The position numbers and the translations under genes are program-made. A stretch of 63,836 bases of DNA, counting the filler, from Dicyema japonicum (lineage: Eukaryota > Animalia > Dicyemida), in NCBI GenBank assembly GCA_011109175.1. It is 6 parts of 6 records of this genome, joined end to end, with 100 filler letters (N's around TTAATTAATTAA, not from the genome) between each part and the next. Parts side by side here need not be neighbours in the genome. Positions count along the whole stretch, not along the records: positions 18,550 to 27,615 come from RDEW01000066.1; positions 27,716 to 30,477 come from RDEW01000272.1; positions 30,578 to 59,258 come from RDEW01000080.1; 3 more parts are not named here. The stretch is one strand, 5' to 3'. Below the pieces are notes generated by a model. It had not been told where the DNA came from. It saw only the letters and a list, made by a program, of their open reading frames with translations, and searched no databases. Below are positions 24,058-35,779 of the stretch, one piece after another; within the stretch, counting starts at the first letter, position 1, and every line of letters starts with the position of its first letter.

Positions 24058-25603
24058 AGAATGTATAAAATCGTTTTCGACATCTTTAAAATACAAAAAT
24101 TCCATTAAAAAACTTGAATAATAATCTTTAAAAGCCTTGATTATTCCCATATTCAAAGGTTGTAAATAAGGCGTTGTATTTTTCGGTAAAAATAGAAATT
24201 CGATATTTGAACATTCAACAGTTTTATGGCATCCCCCATTATCATGTAACTATAATATTTTTCTGTTGTTTTTGCCAACCAATTCATTTATTAGCGTAAG
24301 CCAACTCATAAAAGTCTTTCCAGTCATCCATGCATTTTTAGAAGACGAATACAATAACCCAAACTCTTGGGCATCAAAATTTTTTAGGCACCGAGGTTTT
24401 TTGTACTTTCCAATAATTAACGGATCAAGTTTTTCCCCAATTAAACTGCAGCATAGAAGAACAGTGAGTCTTTCTTTTCCTTGTTTATAGCCAAAACACG
24501 GTTCGCCTTTTTCAACAAATGATTTTTGGGGAGTNNNNNNNNNNNNNGCATCAAAATTTTTTAGGCACCGAGGTTTTTTGTATTTTCCAATAATTAACGG
24601 ATCAAGTTTTTCCCCAATTAAACTGCAGCATAAAAGAACAGTGAGTCTTTCTTTTCCTTGTTTATAGCCAAAACACGGTTCGCCTTTTTCAACAAATGAT
24701 TTTTGGGGAGTTCTTTTAATAAAAAGTGCGGTTTCGTCGCAATTAAATACATTTTCAGGTCCATATTTTAGTACTTTCACGTCGAATTTTTCAAAATAAT
24801 CTTTTACGTGAGATAATTCGCATGAGGCCTTTTCTCCACATATTGACTTGAATTGAAGCTCATGTCGTAATTTAAATCTATCAAGCCACCCATTGGAAGC
24901 TTTAAAAGAAGTAAATCCAATTTTTGAAGCCGTAACTAAGGCGATTTTTTTCAAAATAGGGCCTGAAATTGGAATTTTATCCACCCGAAGTTTTTGAAAT
25001 ATTTCAAAGACTTGATCATCAAATTTTTCTCTATCGGCGTGAAATGTCTCATAAAGCTCTGAACTAGTATTGCCGGTGTGTAAGAAAGGTACAATATTTC
25101 GTTTGATTCTCGATATAGTTCCTTTACTTGTCTTGTACTTAGTGATTAGTTGCCTCTCAGATAAATTGTTCCTCAAAATTTCTTTAGCAATTTTCAATTT
25201 AGTTTCGTAATCCATAACCACAACAAAAAATAAAAACTGAAAATAAAACAAAAATAGTAATTAATTTATTATAATTTTATTATCTTATTAGTTGCCTCTC
25301 AGATAAATTGTTCCTCAAAATTTCTTTAGCAATTTTCAATTTAGTTTCGTAATCCATAACCACAACAAAAAATAAAAACTGAAAATAAAACAAAAATAGT
25401 AATTAATTTATTATAATTTTATTATCTTAAAAATTTTAAATAAATTTTTTTACGGTGCCCCAAAATTTCCATACTTTTTTATTGATTTTTCATTTTATCC
25501 TGCCAAAATGTTGATTTTAAAAAAAGTGCCCCAAAATGCGGGGGTGCCCCAAAATCCGAGGGTGCCCCACCCCTGGGGTCTGCCCCATTTTGGGGTCGGA
25601 CTG
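24058..25603 (-). mobile_element. pogo/Tigger DNA transposon (CENP-B-type HTH plus DDE_1), defective
   Basis: FKASNGWLDRFKLRH, FNCDET, KERLTVLLCC, NAWMT, then a stop at 24250, LHDN and LNMGIIKAFK; 5' end TA|CAGTCCGACCCC at 25603 with GGTGCCCC subterminal repeats; 3' end not seen (sequence runs into an N gap). Confidence 0.93.
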
Positions 25604-25759
25604 TATTGTTATTTTTAGCATTTTTTTCTGAATATCAACAAATTCTTGAAATATCAACAGATCACGAATTGAAAGAATTGTTAAAAAAAGTTAAATAATT
25701 TTTAGATTAAGGACTTAATTATTGTTCAGTTTAGTTTTTAACAAATATTTATTTAAAAT

Positions 25760-25832
25760 ATTATTTAGGGGTGCCGAGGATAAAGTTAACATTTTTAGGG
25801 GTGTCGCGAAATAAAAAGTTTGGGAAACCCTG
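25760..25832. mobile_element. hAT (Buster-type) terminus
   Basis: Ends ...TTTGGGAAACCCTG, followed by the 8-mer CTCTACAC with central TA, typical of Buster TSDs. Confidence 0.55.
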
Positions 25833-26199
25833 CTCTACACCATTGTATTTTATTGACACTGATGAGAATGTAAAAAAACAAGATTTTCACTTATCTTTAT
25901 TAGTATTATCATATTTCTTAAAATAAAAATAATTTTTTAATTTTTTTAATTTAAAATGTGTGCTCTTGTAGTTGCTCCTTCTGGTGGTCCTATACCGACT
26001 AATGCTGTAAGATATTCTGATGAAGAAATTTATAANAACAGCAATGGGCCGTATTCCACCATCACCATCACATTTGAAATAAAAAGGCTTAAGGTAAGTA
26101 AGTAAAACTGTTTTTTCTCAACTTGACATTGTGTTGCCTGCTTCTTCTTTGCGTGCCGTTTTTTTCTCTGCTGCTTCTCTAAATGCTGCTTAATTTGAT

Positions 26200-26757
26200 A
26201 GTTATGTATTTAATTTAATTGGTGTATTTGATTGGTGTGTTGGTTATCTGTTAAGCTAAGCTTAGATGTAAATGTACGTGCACATTTACAAGGTATCAAT
26301 AGCATATTTCCAATTATCCTTTTAGATATTGAAAATGGGGAAATTACTTCAGCTATACAAGATCAGAAAATTAGGCTGCCAGAGAAATTATGCATGATTA
26401 TTTCTGATGAATTAACGTTTAGATTTAAAAGGCTACAATTTTCGTTGAGGATGAGTTTTGCGATGACAATAAACAAAGCCCAGGGACAGTCATTAACGGT
26501 AGTTGGCTTATTTTTAGAGAGCGAGTGCTTCTCACATGGACAGCTGTATGTAGGATTCTCAAGGGTAGGCAGAAGAGAAAATTTATTCATATATGCCAAG
26601 GAAGGAAGGACGACAAACATCGTTTATCAATAGGCGTTAGAATAGGGTTACATCAAACCAGGTCTTTTTATATATCTACATAAACTTATAGTTGTTTGAT
26701 GAAACAGGCCCTCCGCAGAAGCTAGGTCGCGGTGAGCGAAGCGAGCTGCCGAGCTAG
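26200..26757 (+). mobile_element. Helitron 3' end (PIF1-like helicase C-terminus, hairpin, CTAG)
   Basis: FKRLQFSLRMSFAMTINKAQGQSL...FSHGQLYVGFSRV...TTNIVY*; GC-rich GCGGTGAGCGAAGCGAGCTGC, then CTAG (26754-26757) followed by T. Confidence 0.92.
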
Positions 26758-27102
26758 TGCCGTATAAATTTGCGGTAACGTAAGCTTGTTCGACAATTTA
26801 TTAAATTTAGGGCTATTTAGGACTAATTAATCATTTACAATGAGGATTTGTATTAATTTATCTTTTTTTCGATATGGTTTTTGTCAATTTGATGTTGGCG
26901 TTTAATTAACGGCGTGTTTTTTATCGGACTGTGACACTTGATGACATACTTGGCATCTTTATTTGGAGCAAATAGCCTGGACGATAAAGGAATAACCTTT
27001 TCGGGATCAAAAATATTTGTTGTTTGGCAATTCCATGGTAATATTTTCATTTAAAGTTAAGTGACATTTACAATTTATAAATAAATTATTTTATCTAAAT
27101 AT

Positions 27103-27615
27103 TTAATTAAATCTTGTTAGTTTTCTTAAATATCCCTTCGGGATTTGAACGAAAAGAACTCCAAAAATAAATATTCCACTTGAAGCAGAACGCACCACAA
27201 ATAAATACTCCCCAATTTTGAATTCACTTTGAATTTTGATCGCAAATCCAAATATCCAGCAGAGTCCTAGATAGATAATCTCGAAAACTTTATCGAGGAG
27301 TATTCCAGAACAGAGGGAAAGTTTATTTACCAGCTTCGCCTTCATTTTGACTTTGTAAATGTTGTAGCGTATGGTCACGAACATTAACCAGTTTGAGATT
27401 ATAATAAATCCAACTGGGAGATAGACCGCCAAGTACATGCTTATACCATGTAGCCAGCAACTGAAGACATATTTATCTAACTGCTTACTTGTGTTCTGGG
27501 ATATAGGAAGTTTGGTCGATTCCCATGACAAGACCGATTATAATAGAAGGAAACACTACATTTAAGGCAGTACCCAAACCAATAGAACATAGAACGAGAT
27601 TGTAGTAGTAAGCCT
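27103..27615 (-). CDS. Adhesion/secretin-family GPCR, TM4-TM7 portion (5' part in gap)
   Basis: ...FPSIIIG...|CWL...YLPVGFIIISNWLMF...LGLCWIFG...YLFVV.SASSGIFIF; a 28-nt phase-2 intron (27461-27488) before CWL is required for frame. May be a pseudogene. Confidence 0.75.
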
Positions 27616-28209
27616 NNNNNNNNNNNNNNNNNNNNNNNNNNNNNNNNNNNNNNNNNNNNTTAATTAATTAANNNNNNNNNNNNNNNNNNNNNNNNNNNNN
27701 NNNNNNNNNNNNNNNTTTTTTGTCTGCTAAGTTTGGTGTTGATTAGTAAATGTGAAGGCGTTGATCGAATTACAAAATAATAATTTAATTAAAAGGATCT
27801 TTTGGGTAACCCACATTAAGTAATCGACAACATGGCTAAAATACGGTGACAACTCACCTTGATTTGAGGTGTTGGGTAGAGGGATCAATTAGACAATACA
27901 CTCTCGGAGTTGTTTCAGCAACAAGAATCGAACCTTCTTGAAAAAGGTGGGGAATAGACATGAGAGGAAAGTTACCAGTCTCATTCAAGGCCCCCTTTTA
28001 TGCAAGTTCTCTTATTTCATCGATATTGTCGGTCAGTTTTAGTTTTCTGTCTACACCTTTTCATTTAACATGGATGCTTCTTGAGGAAAGTGGGGAATAG
28101 ACATGAGAGGAAAGTTACCAGTCTCATCCAAGGCCCCCTTTTATGCAAGTTCTCTTATTTCATCGATATTGTCGGTCAGTTTTAGTTTTCTGTCTACACC
28201 TTTTCATTT

Positions 28210-28620
28210 AACATGGATGGTAGAGTTTTCCTGAGCCTTCCTCGAAATAATCGCATTCTTCCATTAAATATTTTTCCGATTTGCTGGTACAGTCCGTCCA
28301 CAAAAAGTTACCCAACAGTTTCCATCTCGATATTGGTTTTGTGTACATAGTTTGTATAATGTTTACTTTATTGATCTTCAAATCGTATATTGAGTCGCTT
28401 CCTGAGCATGATGAGGTGAAAGCTGTCAATCCACGACAAAACATTTGTATACTTTTAGATTTACTTTTTCACTAAGATTTCTACCCGAACGCCATATCTT
28501 TACTAGCGCCATATCGTTTCTTAAAAAAACTAGAGGAAAGGATCTTTCCGTCGGGCTACTTCTTCAACATCCCCCAAAACGATCCGACCTTCTTATGTAT
28601 TCTCCTTTTTGGACGGCTGA
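28210..28620 (-). mobile_element. RTE-type LINE C-terminal fragment
   Basis: GDVEEVARRK, KIWRSGRNLSEKVNLKVYKC, IDSFHLIMLRKRLNIRF and KPISRWKLLG. Confidence 0.7.
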
Positions 28621-29136
28621 ATGAAGTAAACTCTGCTTTTTCAATGTTTATCTTTAAAAACAAAACTTATTTTTATTTATTTAAAACCAAGAATCACCGA
28701 CAAAATAAAAGAGAGTGGGGGACGTCAGGTGATCCCGGCCTTACTCGGTGCTCTCCCGAGAGCCGACACACTTCCTGTATAGACGAATAATTTTTCGGAA
28801 GTTTTGAGGTTTCAACTGGGCTCCGATTTTTGGTTGGTTATTTATTTATTTATTAAAAACAAAAAAACAAATTAAAAACTTTTATAATTAATTATTAATG
28901 TAATTAAAATAATAAAAATTGTTTTTTTGTGGTAAACCAAATTAAACAATAATTAACTTTGAGGTTTCAACTGGGCTCCGATTTTTGGTTGGTTATTTAT
29001 TTATTTATTAAAAACAAAAAAACAAATTAAAAACTTTTATAATTAATTATTAATGTAATTAAAATAATAAAAATTGTTTTTTTGTGGTAAACCAAATTAA
29101 ACAATAATTAACAAAGTTGATTAAATCTAGGTTTTT

Positions 29137-29684
29137 ATGGTAATTAGTTAATTAAAATTTTAGAATAATCTAACTGACGATGAGCATGCAGGTAAATTTT
29201 AAGAAAAAAAATCTTCTAGAATTCAGAGAGGCCTTCGAACTCTTCGACAAGGACGGGGACGGGACAATAACAACGAGTGAACTGGGTACAGTGATGAGAT
29301 CCCTCGGACAGAACCCAACTAATGCTGAACTCCAGGACATGATAAACGAAGTGGACACAGATTGTATGATAAATATTGGTAAAAACAAAAGGCAACGGGA
29401 CAATCGACTTTAATGAGTTTTTGTCTATGATGAAGAAAACTACGGATGGCAACAACAACTCCTCTGAGCTTATGGAGGCATTCCAAGTCTTTGATACAAA
29501 CAATGATGGATTAATAAGCTTTGATGAACTGAAAAATGTAATGAACAATCTAGGGGAAAACTGCACTGACGACGAGTTGACCGAGATGCTGGCGGAGGCT
29601 GATTTGGACGGTGATGGACAAGTGAATTATGATGGTCTGAGTTTGGTTATTGTAGAATTTGTCAGGATGATGAATGACAAGTAA
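29137..29684 (+). CDS. CALM: Calmodulin (divergent), 148 aa, five exons
   Basis: Exons 29137-29139, 29164-29191, 29220-29363, 29392-29634 and 29656-29684; GT-AG introns of 24, 28, 28 and 21 nt. The spliced protein [31 protein letters not shown]...[11 protein letters not shown] has four complete EF-hand loops. Confidence 0.96.
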
Positions 29685-29831
29685 ATGGCTAACAATGACT
29701 AACCTTTTAATTATTATTTATTTGTTATAGAATTTAGTTAATTAGTATGACGGCTTTTTTGGTTTTATTATTATCCTAATTGACATTTTTTAAAGTTTGG
29801 GTAAACGGCCATTAATATAGGTCAAACTTGC

Positions 29832-30146
29832 TAATAATAATAATAAAGCCTTTTCACGAGAGCCATAGTATTTTATAGCTCCGCATAGGCAGGACACACA
29901 CTTTATTTAATTTTAACTAATCGTAGAACCAAGGAATGATCTTCACTTCTTTTTTTCTTTTTCTTGTGTCAGTGTCCTTTCTAGACAATCCAGTTCCGCA
30001 GTGAGTATTCACTGATGACGGCGTCACTCGTCAAACCCTTTTGGCATCGTAGATGCGTGGAACCTTCCACCAGGTGAACAGCAGCGAGATTCGAACCCTT
30101 GACCTAAGTCACTTTAGTCCGACACCTAACCACTAAGCCACCCGGC
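29832..30146 (-). mobile_element. Probable tRNA-derived SINE (about 315 bp)
   Basis: tRNA-like head with A box TGGCTTAGTGG (30130-30140) and B box GGTTCGAATC (30088-30097) but a broken cloverleaf; possible tail TGGCTCTCGTGAA...(TTA)n resembles the LINE end at 61105-61135; no TSD found. Confidence 0.6.
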
Positions 30147-30659
30147 TAACACATTTTTAAAACTTCCTTTTCTTAGTCTACACCTAAAGGTGCCTCTCCT
30201 TACTAAATACTATAATTGTGCATCATACAACATCATGGTGTTGAATACTATGAGTCTCACCTAAAATTTGCAAAAAATATCAAAACCTTCTTTTATTTTG
30301 GAAAGTAGACTTAAATGTAAACTCTAAGTGAACTCAATACTCTAGGCATTATAATAATACTTAAGCTGACTAAAAACATAGAATTCACACTTTCAATATT
30401 TTGCATCCTCTGACACTCAACAACTCCACAAATTATCCCAGAGTACAAGGGCGTCAGAACAACAAAATTGATTGGCTNNNNNNNNNNNNNNNNNNNNNNN
30501 NNNNNNNNNNNNNNNNNNNNNTTAATTAATTAANNNNNNNNNNNNNNNNNNNNNNNNNNNNNNNNNNNNNNNNNNNNGCCACCCGATTAGGTAGCTTATT
30601 AGTTATTATTAAGAACAACATGCGTAAAATCATAATAGTTATAATTTCACTCGTGCAGT

Positions 30660-31160
30660 ATTCGAAACAATCTTCCGAACCAACCTTTTTCAACCTCCTC
30701 GATTGTAGAAGAGTTTCCTCAACTCGTCCAGATCGTCTCTACTTCTTAAACTTTTTTTCAAAAGCTTTAGGTCTTCATCAAGTGTTTCTGGAAGTTTAAT
30801 ACGCCGACGTCACGGAAACACGGTCTTTGTCTCATGAAGTAAGCTTCCATTGCTATGTTGGATGGAGCACCCAAGTCTATTCGTAGGATATGTCCAATAG
30901 CCTCCAACGCATATCAACAATTTCGAGTGTCCATTCCGAGGAACCGTATGTTCAGGGTAGCAGGTGCCACCTCGAGGAGTCGAAGTAGGACCGATTTGTC
31001 TTTTGACACAAAGTCTACGTCGTCCGCGTAAGCAATATCGACGATGTTGCCATAATAGAACTTTCGAAGGTCTCGTAGTGCCTTTTCCAGATATATGAAA
31101 AATAGCAGGGGCGAAGAGGAATCTCCCTGGGGAGTACCAACATTATTAGTTACCATTTCA
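30660..31160 (-). mobile_element. RTE-type LINE RT fragment
   Basis: GTPQGDSSSPLLF, AYADDVDF, IGHILRIDLGAPSNIAMEAYF. Confidence 0.85.
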
Positions 31161-31778
31161 TATTTATTTTTTTATCTACATAACCTCAAGAAACATCGAA
31201 AAAAAGTAATACCGATGTTTTCCGAAAATAAGCCCATGCAAAAAAATAATCAGCAATTCTTTTTTTTCTTCAATAGGCTTTTTATATTGTTGGCCTAAAT
31301 GTGTTATTCGTCTACTGTCAGGTGATGTCTTTTACAGAAATTGAAAATGCATTTATCAGAACATTGAAACTCAGCAGTTTAAATCTCCTTTCAATGAGCA
31401 TTCTCTTAAACGTCGGTAGCTCACAATTTTTTGTGAATAAGTCTTTCAGATTTATCTATTAAAACAGTTTTTTTCAATTTCAGGAAAAAAACTCCTTTCT
31501 TCTCAGAAGTCCTAATTTATGTGAAACGGTTGTTTTGGTGAATTTGACAAATTTTTATTATTTTTGTGCCAGCTTTGTTGACACTAATGGTCTATACCAA
31601 GTTTTCTAGATGCTTCTGCAATGTTTCCATTGCAGTCTGACAATTTTTTTAATGCGGAAAGTTTATCTTTGATTATATAATACTTGCTTCTTTGTCATTC
31701 AACAGTTCGTAACTTAGTAGTTTGTTCACTTAATATGTTCATGTCAAAGATAATGTGCTTACAGGGTTTTCCTATTTA

Positions 31779-31939
31779 TTTAATAACTTTGTCATAAAAT
31801 TTAATAACTTTGTCAAAAAATTTAATAACTTTGTCATAAAATTTAATAACTTTGTCATAAAATTTAATAACTTTGTCAAAATGTTTAATAATTCGTCAAA
31901 ATACTTAATAACTTTGTCAAAATGTTTAATAACTTTGTC
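31779..31939. repeat. 21-bp repeat array within left TIR (8 units; right TIR 33190-33346 has 7)
   Basis: Unit TTTAATAACTTTGTCATAAAA, inverted at the other end. Confidence 0.95.
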
Positions 31940-33079
31940 AAGGGTCAAATTAAAAGAAACCAATTTTATAATTAATTGAAAAAAACAACTATAAATTAAA
32001 ATTCTTCATAAGCCAATGCTTTAACTAAATGGCTCCGCATGTGGCTATACAAATTATTGCACACATCTGATGGAATTTCTCCGATGTTTTGGATTGCGTT
32101 TATTAATTCCTCAGAGTTCCTACAATTTTTCTTTTTGATGTTATTTTTCCAAACAGAAAAAAACTCTTCAATTGGATTGAGTTGAGGAGTATAAGGAGGC
32201 AAAAAATACAATTCATACCCTATACACGTTAAAAATTAATTGGATACCAGTTCCGAATACAACATTTTTTAATTGCTCGCTCTTGTGAATTGATGCATTG
32301 TCACATATCAATACCATGTCTTAAATATAATATATAACTATACTTTTTTTCCCTGCATGTTCAAGCTTATAATTAAGCTGTATTACAAAATCAATGAACG
32401 TCACTGCGCGATAAGGGGAGGAATTGATTTCGTAATGTAAAAGGCCGTCCACAGAAATAGCAGCACAAATAGAAAAATTTTTCTCTCTTATGTTTCTAAT
32501 ACATTTTTTCGGAGTAACTCCTTTTATAGATCTTCCAAATTTGGATCTCATAGAACAATTAACTCCCATTTCGTCTATAAAAATAAGCCGTTGATGATCA
32601 ATTTCAATTATTTTTCTGGCGAATCTATATCTTTCTTCCATATTTATTGTAGAATTCTCGCCATTGAATCTTTTTAAAACTATATCCAAATGTATCTAGC
32701 GTCCTATTTATTGTCGATAAAGAGACATTTTTTCTTTGCACGTGAAATAAAGAATTTTTTAAATTCTTCAGAGTAAATGAAGCATCTTCTTCAATTTTTT
32801 TAGTCAAAAATAAGATGTCCGATGAATTAAGTTTTTTCTTTCGTCCACATTTATTTTTTGTTGAAGCAAAACTTCCTGTATTTTTGTATTTTTTGACGAT
32901 AGAAACAACTGTCTGATAGTTAATACAGATGTCTTCGCTTATTTTTGAATAAGCCAACCCTGCTTCATATTTATTTATAATAAGTTTTCGGTTATCCTCG
33001 GATACAGTAGTATTTTTGTTTTTGTAACTATTCATTTAATTCAATTTGCGCTAAAATTTGTATTTATAGGAACTTAATA

Positions 33080-33187
33080 ATCCAATAAATATAAATAATG
33101 ATCTAATAAATATAAATAATAATCTAATAAATATAAATAATGATCCCAAAAATATAAATAATAATCCCAAAAATATAAATAATAATC
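33080..33187. repeat. About 21-bp AT-rich minisatellite (x5) between the transposase start and the TIR
   Basis: AATAAATATAAATAATGATCT-like units. Confidence 0.85.
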
Positions 33188-33442
33188 TTTACAAAGTTAT
33201 TAAACATTTTGACAAAGTTATTAAGTATTTTGACGAATTATTAAACATTTTGACAAAGTTATTAAATTTTATGACAAAGTTATTAAATTTTATGACAAAG
33301 TTATTAAATTTTATGACAAAGTTATTAAATAAATAGGAAAACCCTGTATTTAAAATAAATAAATTGAATAACTTAATTAAGTTAATTTATAAAATTTAAT
33401 TCAAAAAAATCGCCAAATTTGGGCCTTTTTTCGGAAAACCCT

Positions 33443-34010
33443 AGTAGTAACCGAATTAATTAGGCGATCTCAGTCCTCTTTATCACCCTCGCCATTTCTA
33501 TCCTGTACTCATCGAGGGATCTCACCGCTACCTGGTAGTGTCCGTTATCTGGAATTTTCTAACGTATACCTGCACAGGAAGTCGATGGGGGACAGATGTA
33601 TTAAGAAGCAACGCCCATTTTCTGATCATGACACGGATGAAGATAGTGGATTCACTTGTCTTGGCAGAACCGGAAGGATTCACGGCCATTTTTTCGTATT
33701 GACGACTCCGATGGGGGAGTAACGAGGGTAGGATCTATTCTACTCCGTAAAAGACGTATAGTCTTCTCGTGTAAAGCACGGCCATTTTTTCGTATTGACG
33801 ACTCCGATGGGGGAGTAACGAGGGTAGGATCTGTCCTACTCCGTAAAAGACGTATAGTCTTCTCGTGTAAAGTGCTGATTTTATCCAATGACGGCCCAGA
33901 GAGTACATACCTCCATGAAGCACATGTATATTCTATAGCGGAAACGATGGTTTGACTGAATAATTTACCTAATGCCGCGTGGTTCACCTGTATAGTGGTG
34001 TTATGCATCA
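33443..34010 (-). mobile_element. LINE 3' end (thumb region, 3' UTR, short (TAC)n tail) with a 117-bp internal duplication
   Basis: IVSAIEYTCASW motif; duplicated ALHEKTIRLLRSR.DPTLVTPPSESSIRKNGR. Confidence 0.55.
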
Positions 34011-34119
34011 CATGATGTTAGAAAGAACTGCACTTTCCCTATCCATGAAGGAGAATGGTTTCCCGGGTACGCTCTAATTATGTGTGGAGACGTCGAATCA
34101 AACACAGGTCCTGAAATCA

Positions 34120-34990
34120 ACCTGGTCCAGATCAATATTAACGGAATACTAAACAAGATGCTGGAAGTCCGCCACTTATTCAATAGAAATGAAATTGACA
34201 TTGCTCTAGTTTAAGAGACAAAGCTACAAGCAAACATACGAACCCCAACCTTTCCCGGATACTCCGTTATCCGTAAAGACAGAAAGATTAAGCTTGGTGG
34301 AGGACTAATGACACTAATAAGAAATAGAATTTAATATTAAGATATTTCAAATAACATTCGAAATTTCTATCCAGTTAGAATTCCTAGGAAAACTATAAAT
34401 ATTTTTAATGTATATATTCCACCTACTAGCTCCTGTCCAAGTGGGCATTACTTTAACCTACAGAATTTCTCATACCTCAAAAACGTATTACTATGCGGTG
34501 ACATCAACGCCACACATCAATTATGGTATGACGGCCAAAAACCAGACAGTAGAGGAAACCTACTGACAGAAATTTGAGACAATTTTGTATATTAAAAACA
34601 CCAAATCAACACAAGAACACCAACACTAACAGGAGACAAACCTACATCCCCTCTATGCGGTGACATCAACGCCACACATCAATTATGGTATGACGGCCAA
34701 AAACCAGACAGTAGAGGAAACCTACTGACAGAAATTTGAGACAATTTTGTATATTAAAAACACCAAATCAACACAAGAACACCAACACTAACAGGAGACA
34801 AACCTACATCCCCTGACCTCTCTTTATGTTCCCCATCAATATTTCCCTTCATCAACTGGACTGTAAAATATGAACTAAGAAGTGATCACAACCCTATTAT
34901 GATGAAAATCAACCCTGAAAATAAATTTATCAGACAGAAATCCACTTTTTTTAATTTTGAAAGCGCGGATTGGTCCAACTTATTTTGTGC
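34120..34990 (+). mobile_element. LINE AP-endonuclease domain (I/Nimb-like), decayed
   Basis: QININGI, ETKL, PGYSVIRKDR..GGGLM, NVYIPP, CGDINA.H..W, PDLSL, SDHNPI. Confidence 0.88.
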
Positions 34991-35779
34991 GCCAAGCGTT
35001 GGAAAAAACTCTATAACAGTCGTCAAAACATATCTAGAGGTAGACTGTGGAACCGACAGCTACTTGTTGCAAAAATTAGGACGAAATTCAGTAACACTTG
35101 GAATACCCCCCCCCGAGTAAAGAAATTCGATGTCTCAAACATACCACCAGTATTATTATTATTATAAGCAACNATTTCAAGCAGTTCGTAGATCGAATAT
35201 GAGGAGAACTCGTCCAATGAAGCATCACCGTCAATCAACTGCATCTTATCGACATTTTCCATTTCTAACGACCCAACTGGTCCTTCGTCTTCTTTAGTAT
35301 AAAAGTCAAGGAGATAAATACTACCATCACTGGAAGAAAGCTCAATATCGTCCTCTGCTACAATTTTCTCCAAGGAGCTGATCATCAATTCATAATCGTC
35401 CATAATTTTAGCTTATCACTACATGTCTTCTGTGAGAGTCTTCCCATTTGAGCTGACTTGGAAAAACTTGGTGAAGTGGTCGACCTAGAAATTGGTTCAT
35501 TTATCCTTACCGGGGGTTCCACTAAATTTAAACGATTCGGAATTGATGGAGTCAGTTCTAGTTTTTGAGTCCTAAGACATCCGGGATCTGACTTGGAACG
35601 AGCGATCTTGATTGAGCTTAGAATTCGATTGACGAAATGTCAGATAATGTTGAACATATTTTGTGAAAGGCTTAAAAATACTATTTTTTGCTTCAAATTG
35701 ACGAAAGTCATATATGACAACCAATCAATTCTAATGGGATATCTCAGGTTAATCTTATTGTAATCTCACCATTTAAGAT

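Larger units (their letters stand above)
31762..33346 (-). mobile_element. Tc1/IS630-like DD34E transposon, both ends intact, 1585 bp, TA TSD
   Basis: TA|CAGGGTTTTCCTATTT...AAATAGGAAAACCCTG|TA; HTH ORF, frameshift near 32660, IFIDEMG. Removing introns 32320-32343 (24 nt) and 32220-32247 (28 nt) gives DNASIH...LPPYTPQLNPIE with 34 residues between D and E. Confidence 0.95.

Noticed and set aside
22960-24156. Long 339-398-aa ORFs in the track
   Set aside because: Almost entirely X from a 945-nt N gap; only the Tigger end at 24058-24156 is real.
28208-28444. ORF ending in HPC (ATG3/ATG10-like active site)
   Set aside because: The surrounding frames are RTE C-terminal motifs, and HPC falls in a locally duplicated segment.
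30011-30036. CTGATGA followed by a stem, resembling a hammerhead ribozyme core
   Set aside because: The required GAAA is CAAA, the stem consumes core bases and stems I and III cannot be formed.
31779-31939. Regular 21-bp repeats resembling a CRISPR array or a coding heptad repeat (ORFs 31755+ and 31772-)
   Set aside because: No unique spacers, and the array is mirrored at 33190-33346 as a transposon TIR.
35023-35700. Acidic, Ser/Pro-rich 126-aa ORF and upstream frame
   Set aside because: Low complexity, crosses an N junction, and has no recognisable homology or splice pattern.
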